Assembly: GCA_947581715.1 (NCBI GenBank)
Contig: CANPVK010000001.1
Location: forward strand, 1 to 59,013
Source of the DNA: an uncultured Bacilli bacterium
GTDB lineage: Bacteria; Bacillota_I; Bacilli_A; RF39; UBA660
Length of the DNA: 59,013 nucleotides
Direction of reading: 5' to 3'
In this document: positions 45,034 to 51,697 of the stretch, piece after piece
Layout of the letters: each line of letters opens with the position of its first letter
How positions within the stretch are numbered: the stretch's first letter is position 1
Position numbers and translations under genes: made by a program
The notes under the pieces: generated by a model
Seen by the model: only the letters and a program-made list of their open reading frames with translations
Databases searched by the model: none
Told to the model about the DNA's origin: nothing

Positions 45034-45297
45034 ATATTAGTATTAATTTATGATAATAATAACGAAAATTCAATTATTTTTGACATTTCGTATATTACTT
45101 GCAAAATAGGTTTTTTGTTGTCTTATAATGCAGAAAATGGAATGTCAAAATTATAATATATCATTCAGACTATAGTTAACATTAAGGAAGTTTTTGAACG
45201 GCATTTTCGATTTTTAATAGGCATTTCATTCTTGGAGATGATGGCTTATGAATATCAAAAACTGCTGGTCGAAAGCAGAATTAAATATTTTATTAAC

Positions 45298-45350
45298 AAA
45301 GACTATATCTTATACGCCCAAAAAGTCTATAAGGTATAGTCTTTTTTTGT
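45298..45350 (+). terminator. strong intrinsic terminator in the leader of the sigma-like gene
   Basis: 17-bp stem: 45298-45314 (aaagactatatcttata) pairs with 45328-45344 (tataaggtatagtcttt, one G-U pair), followed by tttt(g)ttt. Confidence 0.7.
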
Positions 45351-45370
45351 TTGCTTTAATTAGAGGTCCA

Positions 45371-45408
45371 CCTCCAATCAATTTAAAAAAATTTAGATTG
45401 ATTGGAGG
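45371..45408 (+). promoter_or_regulatory. SD-sequestering hairpin upstream of the sigma-like gene
   Basis: cctccaatcaat (45371-45382) pairs perfectly with attgattggagg (45397-45408). The 3' arm contains the GGAGG located 8 nt before the ATG at 45417. Confidence 0.5.
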
Positions 45409-45416
45409 AAAGAAAA

Positions 45417-45893
45417 ATGGAATATTATCCAAAAAGAAGAAAAGATTTTAATAATCCTTATACCTTAAGTTATTGTGAAAAGAGTAATACTTATATTATT
45501 TCGTTTAAAGATAGTAGAGGAATTCAACAAGTCATAGAAGTTAATAAACAAATTTATCAAGCATTTAATAAATTTGAATTAGAAGATATTTCTCAAATGA
45601 ATAAATTTGATAGACATATTGAGCATTCTGAGTTGTTTGAAGAATCTCTGCATAAAAGAGCTGTGGACAAGCCATTATCAGTAGAGGAAATAGTAGAAAG
45701 TAAAATTAATAACGAAAAATTAAGAGAAGCAATACAAGAACTACCTGAAATCCAAAAAAATAGATTAAAAAAATATTATTTTGATAATATGAGTTTTGAG
45801 GAAATTGCTAAAGAAGAACATTGTACCAAAAGAGCAGTAAAATTTAGTGTTGATCTTGCTTTAGAAAAAATTTCAAAAAAATTTCAAAAATAG
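45417..45893 (+). CDS. sigma-70 region 4-type HTH regulator (conjugative-element sigma-like factor)
   Basis: C-terminal LPEIQKNRLKKYYFDNMSFEEIAKEEHCTKRAVKFSVDLALEKI is a sigma70_r4-type HTH. The ATG at 45417 is preferred to the TTG at 45402. Confidence 0.6.
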   Translation: MEYYPKRRKDFNNPYTLSYCEKSNTYIISFKDSRGIQQVIEVNKQIYQAFNKFELEDISQMNKFDRHIEHSELFEESLHKRAVDKPLSVEEIVESKINNEKLREAIQELPEIQKNRLKKYYFDNMSFEEIAKEEHCTKRAVKFSVDLALEKISKKFQK

Positions 45894-45918
45894 ACTACAC
45901 ATTTTGACTTTTAGTGAG

Positions 45919-45955
45919 GAAACAAGTGAAAGGGGATAAACCTTTCACTTGTTTC
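45919..45955 (+). terminator. 15-bp perfect stem-loop after the sigma-like gene (no T-run)
   Basis: gaaacaagtgaaagg, loop ggataaa, cctttcacttgtttc. Confidence 0.4.
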
Positions 45956-46112
45956 AATTTGAAATAAGTAAGTTCTTTGAAATTGTATATATCATTCATC
46001 AAATACATTCCTATTAAGAATAGCACATTAACAAGTACGCTTGTCGATAAATACTTGGTTATAAAATTAGGTAACACCTAATCTGCGATTACTCTTAATA
46101 GAATTAAAGATA

Positions 46113-46215
46113 CTCCTGTCTAGCCACAGACTCAAGCAATGGGGACAGCCCGGAGAGATCCTCGGGGAGGTGGAATTCCTGTGAGATTGAATCGTACTCA
46201 ATCGTTTGATGAAAT
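46113..46215. other. GC-rich island in an ORF-less spacer (candidate structured RNA or gene relic)
   Basis: The sequence cctgtctagccacagactcaagcaatggggacagcccggagagatcctcggggaggtggaattcctgtgag stands out from the AT-rich surroundings. No ORF with a start codon and RBS on either strand. Confidence 0.3.
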
Positions 46216-46262
46216 CCTAAGCTGAAGGTATTAAGAAAAATATCAGTAATGAACTAAAATTT

Positions 46263-46286
46263 AGCTATAGTTGAGAAACTATAGCT
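46263..46286 (+). promoter_or_regulatory. 10-bp perfect hairpin immediately upstream of the mazF-like RBS
   Basis: agctatagtt, loop gaga, aactatagct. The RBS aaagga follows about 10 nt later. Confidence 0.4.
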
Positions 46287-46309
46287 TACTTAAGAAAGGA
46301 ATAAAATAA

Positions 46310-46678
46310 ATGTTTTGTGAAATATATCGTGGGCAAATTTACTATGCAAATCTTGATCCTATCATAGGAAGTGAACAAAGTGGATTTCGTCCTGTTTTAA
46401 TTCTACAAAATGACATAGGAAATCTATATAGTGAGACGATTTTAGTGGCACCTATTACTAGTAGGGTAGCTACTAAAAATAAATTGCCAACACATGTTAA
46501 AATTCATGCCTTTGATAAATTACAAAAAGATTCTATTATCTTAACAGAGCATATTCGTTCTATCGATAAACAAAGGTTAGAAATTTATTTAGGAAAACTA
46601 AATGAAATAGAAATGAAAAAAGTAGATGCTGCAATTGAAGTAGCATTTGGATTGAGGAGGAGTGTTTATGAGAAATAA
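46310..46678 (+). CDS. PemK/MazF-family endoribonuclease toxin
   Basis: YRGQIYYANLDPIIGSEQSGFRPVLILQND...ILVAPITSR...PTHV...DSIILTEHIRSIDKQRL is the classical MazF/PemK fold signature. Confidence 0.85.
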   Translation: MFCEIYRGQIYYANLDPIIGSEQSGFRPVLILQNDIGNLYSETILVAPITSRVATKNKLPTHVKIHAFDKLQKDSIILTEHIRSIDKQRLEIYLGKLNEIEMKKVDAAIEVAFGLRRSVYEK

Positions 46679-46895
46679 ACTTTTTACTGTAGATATTGAA
46701 TTAATTAATAGTAATCAAATAATCGTAAATGCAAAAAGCGAAAGGGAAGCAAAAGAAAAAGTTATGGATATTATTCAAAATAGTAATTTTTTAGAAAATA
46801 ATATTATATCTTCTAATCCGTATAAAGTGAATTTAGTTACAAGAAGACTTAAGAAAAAAAATAATTCAGTTTTTTTGTCGGGAATAAAAAAATAG
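46668..46895 (+). CDS. DpnD/PcfM-like small protein (candidate cognate partner of the toxin)
   Basis: The ATG at 46668 lies 7 nt after gaggagg and overlaps the toxin stop by 11 nt. FTVDIELINSNQIIVNAKSEREAKEKVMDIIQNS resembles the DpnD/PcfM motif and the middle of ORF 24323..24892. Confidence 0.55.
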   Translation: MRNKLFTVDIELINSNQIIVNAKSEREAKEKVMDIIQNSNFLENNIISSNPYKVNLVTRRLKKKNNSVFLSGIKK

Positions 46896-46925
46896 TAGCG
46901 TTCATAGGGTAAAGTGGGAGGAAAT

Positions 46926-47057
46926 ATGGTAATTAATAAAAAAGAAGAACATGTAATATGTGTTTTTGATGAAGAAGGAATTACTTTGGAACAAAAAATA
47001 TTAGAAGCATTTGATTACTATTTAAATGCAAATCTGCAAAATTCAAAAGATATGTGA
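46926..47057 (+). CDS. small ORF (43 aa), hypothetical
   Basis: My own translation: MVINKKEEHVICVFDEEGITLEQKILEAFDYYLNANLQNSKDM. RBS gggagg is upstream. The stop is embedded in a terminator hairpin. Confidence 0.35.
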   Translation: MVINKKEEHVICVFDEEGITLEQKILEAFDYYLNANLQNSKDM

Positions 47058-47076
47058 TTTTGCAGATTCGTTTTTA
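47031..47076 (+). terminator. rho-independent terminator upstream of the recombinase genes
   Basis: aatctgcaaaat (47031-47042) pairs with attttgcagatt (47057-47068), followed by cgtttttatt. Confidence 0.7.
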
Positions 47077-47119
47077 TTAAAAAAATAATATATCATTTGC
47101 CTTGTAAGGAGGATTTTTT

Positions 47120-48709
47120 ATGATAGATTGTTTAAATGATAAAAAACATCATGCTGCTGCTTATGGCAGATTATCGAAGGAAAATTTATTAAAAGGAAAT
47201 GCTAGCGAAAGTATTTTAAATCAAAAAGCCTTGATACAAGAATATGCTAATAAAAATGGTATAGAAATATATGATTACTATATGGATGATGGTTTTACTG
47301 GAAGTAATTTTGATAGACCAGAATTTAAGAGAATGTTAAGGGATATTGAGAATGGTGTAATTGATATTGTTATTACAAAGGATATATCTAGATTAGGGAG
47401 AGATTTTATTGGAACTTCTGATTATATTTATAATTACTTTCCAGAGCATAAAGTTAGGTATATCTCAATCTTAGAAAATTACGATTCTTTAAAGCCAAAT
47501 GGTGTGGAAGATATACTTCCATATCATACTTTATTAAATCATTCTTATTTAAAAGATACATCTAAAAAAATTAAGAGTGTTAGGCATGAAAAAATGGCAA
47601 GAGGTCTTTATGTTGGTAGTAGTGTTCCATATGGCTATAAAAGATCAGAAGAAGATAATCGCAAATTTGTAATAGATGAGTATGCTGCTAATATTGTTAA
47701 GAGAATTTTTAAAATGAAGTATGAAGGAATAACTAATGTTATGATTGCTCGTACTTTGACTAATGAAGGAGTTTTACCACCTAGTGTATATTCTAATAAA
47801 AATATAGAAGTTACATATACTACTAATCTTTGGAAACCTTCTACTATCGCAAATATTCTAGGAAATGAAGTTTATATAGGTACATTAACTCAAGGCAAGT
47901 ATCAAAGAATTAATACACGTTCTAAAAGATGTTTTTTATTGCCAAAAGATCAATGGATTATTGTAAAAAACAATCATGAACCTATTATTGATGAAGAATT
48001 ATTTCATCATATTAATTCTCAAAAAACTCATAATGAACAAATTCGAATGGTAAAATATGATTATTTACTAAAAGGGTTAGTAGTTTGTGCTGATTGTGGA
48101 AAAACGATGTTAGTTCGACCATGTAAAGGAAAGCCTATATATTGTTGTAAGACTTATGCTAGATATAGAAATAATGTATGTAGCATGCATTACTTTAGGG
48201 AAGATAAATTAAATAAGATTGTTTTAAAGGAAGTAAGAAATGTTCTTAAGTCATTTCATCAAGAAAAATCATTGAGTGAAAAATATGATAATCAGAAAAA
48301 AAAGCAAACTCTTATTCCTAATTATGAACTTGATTTAAAGCAAAATAAAAGTAGGCTAAAATTAATAGAAAAAGCTCTCAGCGATTTATATATTGATAGA
48401 ACTTCTGAAATTATTACAATAGATGAATTTCAAAAGTTAAAAAATGATTTGACAAAAGAAAAGGAGAAATTAATTCTGAGAATTTCAGATTTAGAATTAA
48501 TGATTGGAAAGGGAAAAATAAAATTAGGTTCTGGTAATGAAAAGGAAAAAGTTATTTCAGATTTTTTAAAGATGAAAAATCCAGATAAATTTGTATTAAA
48601 TCAGTTAATCAAGAGAATAGAAATTGATGAGCAAAAAAATGTAAAAATTTACTTTAACTTTAATATTAATGGAGTGGCTTATGAAAAAGAAAAAAGTATT
48701 GTATGCTAG
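47120..48709 (+). CDS. large serine recombinase 1
   Basis: N-terminal resolvase catalytic domain (AAAYGRLSKE, catalytic Ser; DDGFTGSNFDRPEF; VITKDISRLGRD), recombinase domain, Zn-ribbon (CADCG...CC...C) and C-terminal coiled coil. 529 aa. Confidence 0.9.
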   Translation: MIDCLNDKKHHAAAYGRLSKENLLKGNASESILNQKALIQEYANKNGIEIYDYYMDDGFTGSNFDRPEFKRMLRDIENGVIDIVITKDISRLGRDFIGTSDYIYNYFPEHKVRYISILENYDSLKPNGVEDILPYHTLLNHSYLKDTSKKIKSVRHEKMARGLYVGSSVPYGYKRSEEDNRKFVIDEYAANIVKRIFKMKYEGITNVMIARTLTNEGVLPPSVYSNKNIEVTYTTNLWKPSTIANILGNEVYIGTLTQGKYQRINTRSKRCFLLPKDQWIIVKNNHEPIIDEELFHHINSQKTHNEQIRMVKYDYLLKGLVVCADCGKTMLVRPCKGKPIYCCKTYARYRNNVCSMHYFREDKLNKIVLKEVRNVLKSFHQEKSLSEKYDNQKKKQTLIPNYELDLKQNKSRLKLIEKALSDLYIDRTSEIITIDEFQKLKNDLTKEKEKLILRISDLELMIGKGKIKLGSGNEKEKVISDFLKMKNPDKFVLNQLIKRIEIDEQKNVKIYFNFNINGVAYEKEKSIVC

Positions 48710-50240
48710 ATTATCGTTGGAAGATTGGGAAAAACAGAATGAATACTCTGAAAGTATTGAAAATCAAATAGACTTAATAAAAGCATATTGTCAAAAGGAA
48801 AACATTATTTTATCTGATACCTATATAGATGATGGTTATTCTGGTGGTAATTTTGATAGACCTGGTTTTTTAAGATTAAAACAAGATATTGAGGATGGAT
48901 TAATTGATACTGTAATAACAAAAGATTTTTCTAGATTAGGGCGAAATTTTTTAGAATTATCTCATTATATATTAGAGTTTTTTCCAGATCATGATATTCG
49001 CTATATCGCTATTAATGATAATTATGATAGTGCAAGTGATAATTCTGCCTTAGATGATTTTTATATTGGTATTAATGCAATTAGAAATCAAAAATATATT
49101 CAAGATATTTCTAGAAAGGTTAAAAGTGTAAAAGAGTTAAAATCTAAGCAGAAAAATTTTTTAAGTTTTACAGCTCCATATGGCTATAAGATTATTAAAA
49201 AAGATGGCGTAAGAACTTTAGAAATTGACGAAGAAGCTGCAAAAATTGTTCGGAGAATTTTTCAATCTATTGCAGATGGAAAGTCTAGAAAACAGGTTGC
49301 ACAGGAATTAAATCAAGAAAATGTTGAACCTCCAATATTACATTTGAAAATGACTCAAAGTAGTAAGGTAAATTATCATTTTGATTGGTATCCATCGGGA
49401 ATATTTAGAATTATTAGGGACATTGTTTATACAGGAAATCTTTTCTATAGAAAATCTATTAAAGAAAACTGTTTAGAAAAGAAAAGGAAACTTATTAGAA
49501 CATCAGATAGACAAATTATTTTTGATACACATCCGGCAATTATTGATATGGAATTGTTTGAAAAAGCAAATAAAACTTTGAAAACGATGAATTCGAGAAG
49601 AGTGTATAACTATCATAGTATTTTTGAAGATTTAATTTATTGTGGAGAATGTGGCAATTTAATGAAAATAAGTGGTCGTGTTAGAGAAAATGGTGCATTT
49701 CAATATCGGTTTATTTGTAATAAGACTATTAATAGGAAAAGTTGTGACAATAGATCAATTGCTGATTCGAAGTTAAAAGAAATTGTTTCTTATACTTTAA
49801 AAAAAATTATTACTGAGTTTATTCAAGAAGAAAACATTATTGAACAATCGGTAAAAAAAATTCATAATCAAAAAGATTATGAAATAAAAATCGACAAACT
49901 ACAAAAAGATATTCAAGTTTTGGATGCTCAAGTTAGTGATTTATATTTAAAGAAGACAAATGGACAAGTTACTTTAGTAGAATTTTTAAAAAACAAAAAT
50001 GATATTGAAGAAAAAAAGAATTCGATGACAGAACAGTTAAAAGCTTTAGAATTAGGAAAGAAGAATGTAATTCAAAGAGATGTTATTTTAGAAAAATATA
50101 GAGACTTTATTGATAATGATGAATTCTTAGAAAATTCAGTACATGATTTAATAGAAAAAATATTTATATATAAGGATAACACTATAAAAATTAATTTTAA
50201 AATTCAAAAATTAGATTCTGAAATCATTCACTTATATTAG
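48681..50240 (+). CDS. large serine recombinase 2
   Basis: VLYARLSLED, DDGYSGGNFDRPGF, VITKDFSRLGRN, a Zn-ribbon CGECG...C...C and a coiled coil. The ATG at 48681 follows ggag and overlaps the end of recombinase 1. Confidence 0.9.
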   Translation: MKKKKVLYARLSLEDWEKQNEYSESIENQIDLIKAYCQKENIILSDTYIDDGYSGGNFDRPGFLRLKQDIEDGLIDTVITKDFSRLGRNFLELSHYILEFFPDHDIRYIAINDNYDSASDNSALDDFYIGINAIRNQKYIQDISRKVKSVKELKSKQKNFLSFTAPYGYKIIKKDGVRTLEIDEEAAKIVRRIFQSIADGKSRKQVAQELNQENVEPPILHLKMTQSSKVNYHFDWYPSGIFRIIRDIVYTGNLFYRKSIKENCLEKKRKLIRTSDRQIIFDTHPAIIDMELFEKANKTLKTMNSRRVYNYHSIFEDLIYCGECGNLMKISGRVRENGAFQYRFICNKTINRKSCDNRSIADSKLKEIVSYTLKKIITEFIQEENIIEQSVKKIHNQKDYEIKIDKLQKDIQVLDAQVSDLYLKKTNGQVTLVEFLKNKNDIEEKKNSMTEQLKALELGKKNVIQRDVILEKYRDFIDNDEFLENSVHDLIEKIFIYKDNTIKINFKIQKLDSEIIHLY

Positions 50241-50280
50241 GAAAAAAGTAATATTTTAAATTAAGAATGGAGGAGATAGC

Positions 50281-50484
50281 TTGAATAGGGCAATTATTTA
50301 TGTAAGATTATCAAAAGCAGAAGAAAATAGTATAAATAAGAAAAAACCAAATTTTGAATCAGATAAATATTTTGTATCAAAGCTAAGACCAATCGGTAAT
50401 AGAAATAATTTTCAAAGGGACTTTATCAAAAAATTACAGCAATCAAAAAAATATAGAATAAAGGAGGAGGACTATGTTAGGTAA
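50281..50484 (+). CDS. 67-aa ORF whose first 13 residues mimic a serine-recombinase catalytic motif (truncated third recombinase or small accessory protein)
   Basis: The TTG start lies 6 nt after ggagga. MNRAIIYVRLSKAEE resembles the YxRxS motif of the two upstream recombinases. The remaining sequence is basic and unrelated. Confidence 0.4.
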   Translation: MNRAIIYVRLSKAEENSINKKKPNFESDKYFVSKLRPIGNRNNFQRDFIKKLQQSKKYRIKEEDYVR

Positions 50485-51034
50485 TTTTTTTGTTACACAA
50501 AAACAGTCGGCAGATGGTGATGATGATTATTTAAGTAGATGTATGAATTTTTATAAAAAATTAAATTTAATGGCTTACGGTTTGTGTTTAAAAGAAGAAG
50601 ATATTAAATCAGAAATAGAAATATATTTAAAAAAATTAAATCCTGATATTGTTGTGATTACTGGTCACGATGCTTATTATCGTAGGAAGGGTAGTCAAGA
50701 TAATATTCAAAATTATAAAAATACAAATCATTTTATTGATGCAGTAAAAGTAGCTCGTAATTTTGAAAAAAATCAGGATAAATTAATTATTATTGCTGGT
50801 GCTTGTCAAAGTGATTATGAAGAATTAATTAAGGCAGGTTCTACTTTTGCTTCTAGTCCCAAACGGATTAATATTCATGCTCTAGATCCTGCTATCATTG
50901 CTTCATATTTAGCTTTATATGATCGCAATAAAACGGTTGATTTATTAGATGTTCTTGCGAAAACAAAATCTGGGGCAGATGGTATTGGTGGAGTTATGAC
51001 AAAAGGTTGTATGTTTGTGGGGTATCCAAGATGA
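50474..51034 (+). CDS. yabG: sporulation peptidase YabG, C-terminal catalytic fragment (restarts inside the ICE right end)
   Basis: …GDDDYLSRCMNFYKK…PDIVVITGHDAYY…IIIAGACQSDYEELIKAGSTFASSPKRINIHALDP… matches the peptidase U57 (YabG) core. The first 13 codons and the SD aaggaggagg are element-derived. Confidence 0.8.
   Translation: MLGNFFVTQKQSADGDDDYLSRCMNFYKKLNLMAYGLCLKEEDIKSEIEIYLKKLNPDIVVITGHDAYYRRKGSQDNIQNYKNTNHFIDAVKVARNFEKNQDKLIIIAGACQSDYEELIKAGSTFASSPKRINIHALDPAIIASYLALYDRNKTVDLLDVLAKTKSGADGIGGVMTKGCMFVGYPR
50507..50522. other. predicted attR junction (ICE right end / chromosome)
   Basis: YabG homology resumes at GA|tggtgatgatgat (GA at 50513-50514). Confidence 0.55.
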
Positions 51035-51252
51035 ACATTGAAAAAGTACGTGCGAAAATTAAATCTTATCAAGGAAAGACCTTACAGTTTCGTTTTAATG
51101 GAAGTAGGAATCAGGTAGAAGAATTTTCTGCAACAATTATTGATATTTATCCTTCCATTTTTATTGTTCGTGTAGAGGATAGTGAGCAAGTAAAGTCATT
51201 TAGTTATAGTGATGTTTTAATTCATAAGTTAATTTTTACGAATGTTTCGTAA
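51031..51252 (+). CDS. veg: Veg protein
   Basis: MNIEKVRAKIKSYQGKTLQFRFNGSRNQVEEFSATIIDIYPSIFIVRVED...FSYSDVL matches the Veg family. Syntenic after yabG. The ATG at 51031 is preferred to the longer ORF from 51007. Confidence 0.85.
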   Translation: MNIEKVRAKIKSYQGKTLQFRFNGSRNQVEEFSATIIDIYPSIFIVRVEDSEQVKSFSYSDVLIHKLIFTNVS

Positions 51253-51334
51253 ACTTTACATAAAAATGTTGCTTTTTTTAGTAAAGTAGTATATGATTAA
51301 ATCATAAAGTATTTACTTTAGGAGGAGGATTTAC

Positions 51335-51616
51335 ATGAAGATTACATCAGTTAATGTACGCAAAATTAATAAAGAAGGTTCTAGAATGAAAGGAATTGCA
51401 TCTGTTTTATTAGATGATAGTTTTGCAGTACATGATATTAGGATCATTGAAGGAGAAAAGGGATTATTTATCGCTATGCCTAGTAAGAAAACACCTACTG
51501 GAGATTATAGAGATATTGCACATCCTATTAATCCAGAAGTTCGTTCTATGTTTGAAGAAGCTATTCTAAAAGCATATGATGAAGCTGAAGATGTTCCTAG
51601 TTCAGAAGAGGAATAA
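51335..51616 (+). CDS. spoVG: septation/sporulation regulator SpoVG
   Basis: [66 protein letters not shown] is the canonical SpoVG sequence pattern. Confidence 0.92.
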   Translation: MKITSVNVRKINKEGSRMKGIASVLLDDSFAVHDIRIIEGEKGLFIAMPSKKTPTGDYRDIAHPINPEVRSMFEEAILKAYDEAEDVPSSEEE

Positions 51617-51697
51617 GTGATTATCAAGAACTACTAAAGTAGTTCTTTTTTTCATATTTTTTTCTTTTTTTCATATAGTGAAGTAGGAGGAACTAAT

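Larger units (their letters stand above)
15103..50514. mobile_element. integrative conjugative element (about 35.4 kb), serine-recombinase type, inserted in yabG
   Basis: Bounded by the two halves of yabG. Contains relaxase, MobC, T4CP, VirB4, VirB6-like, PrgI, Maff2 and CHAP hydrolase genes, plus ParAB, SSB and two large serine recombinases at the right end. No phage structural genes. Confidence 0.85.

Noticed and set aside
45248-45451. 67-aa plus-strand ORF upstream of the sigma-like gene
   Set aside because: It runs through a 17-bp terminator stem, the anti-SD hairpin and the start of the downstream gene. At most its first codons could act as a leader peptide. It is not a stand-alone protein gene.
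45895-46077. 60-aa minus-strand ORF in the sigma-mazF spacer
   Set aside because: No RBS, hydrophobic low-complexity translation, and it ends inside the 15-bp stem-loop. Treated as non-coding.
46113-46215. Tested the GC-rich island by eye against twister and hammerhead ribozymes, glycine, c-di-GMP and guanidine riboswitches, tRNA-like, SRP and tmRNA patterns
   Set aside because: Only trivial partial matches (for example AGCCCGGA and GGAGAGA) and no complete conserved core or helices. It is left as an unclassified candidate rather than assigned to a known RNA family.
15103-50514. Prophage interpretation of the 35-kb insertion (by analogy with skin and SPbeta)
   Set aside because: No terminase, portal, capsid, tail or lysis-cassette genes. 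A complete relaxase/T4CP/VirB4/VirB6-like/PrgI/CHAP set indicates an ICE.
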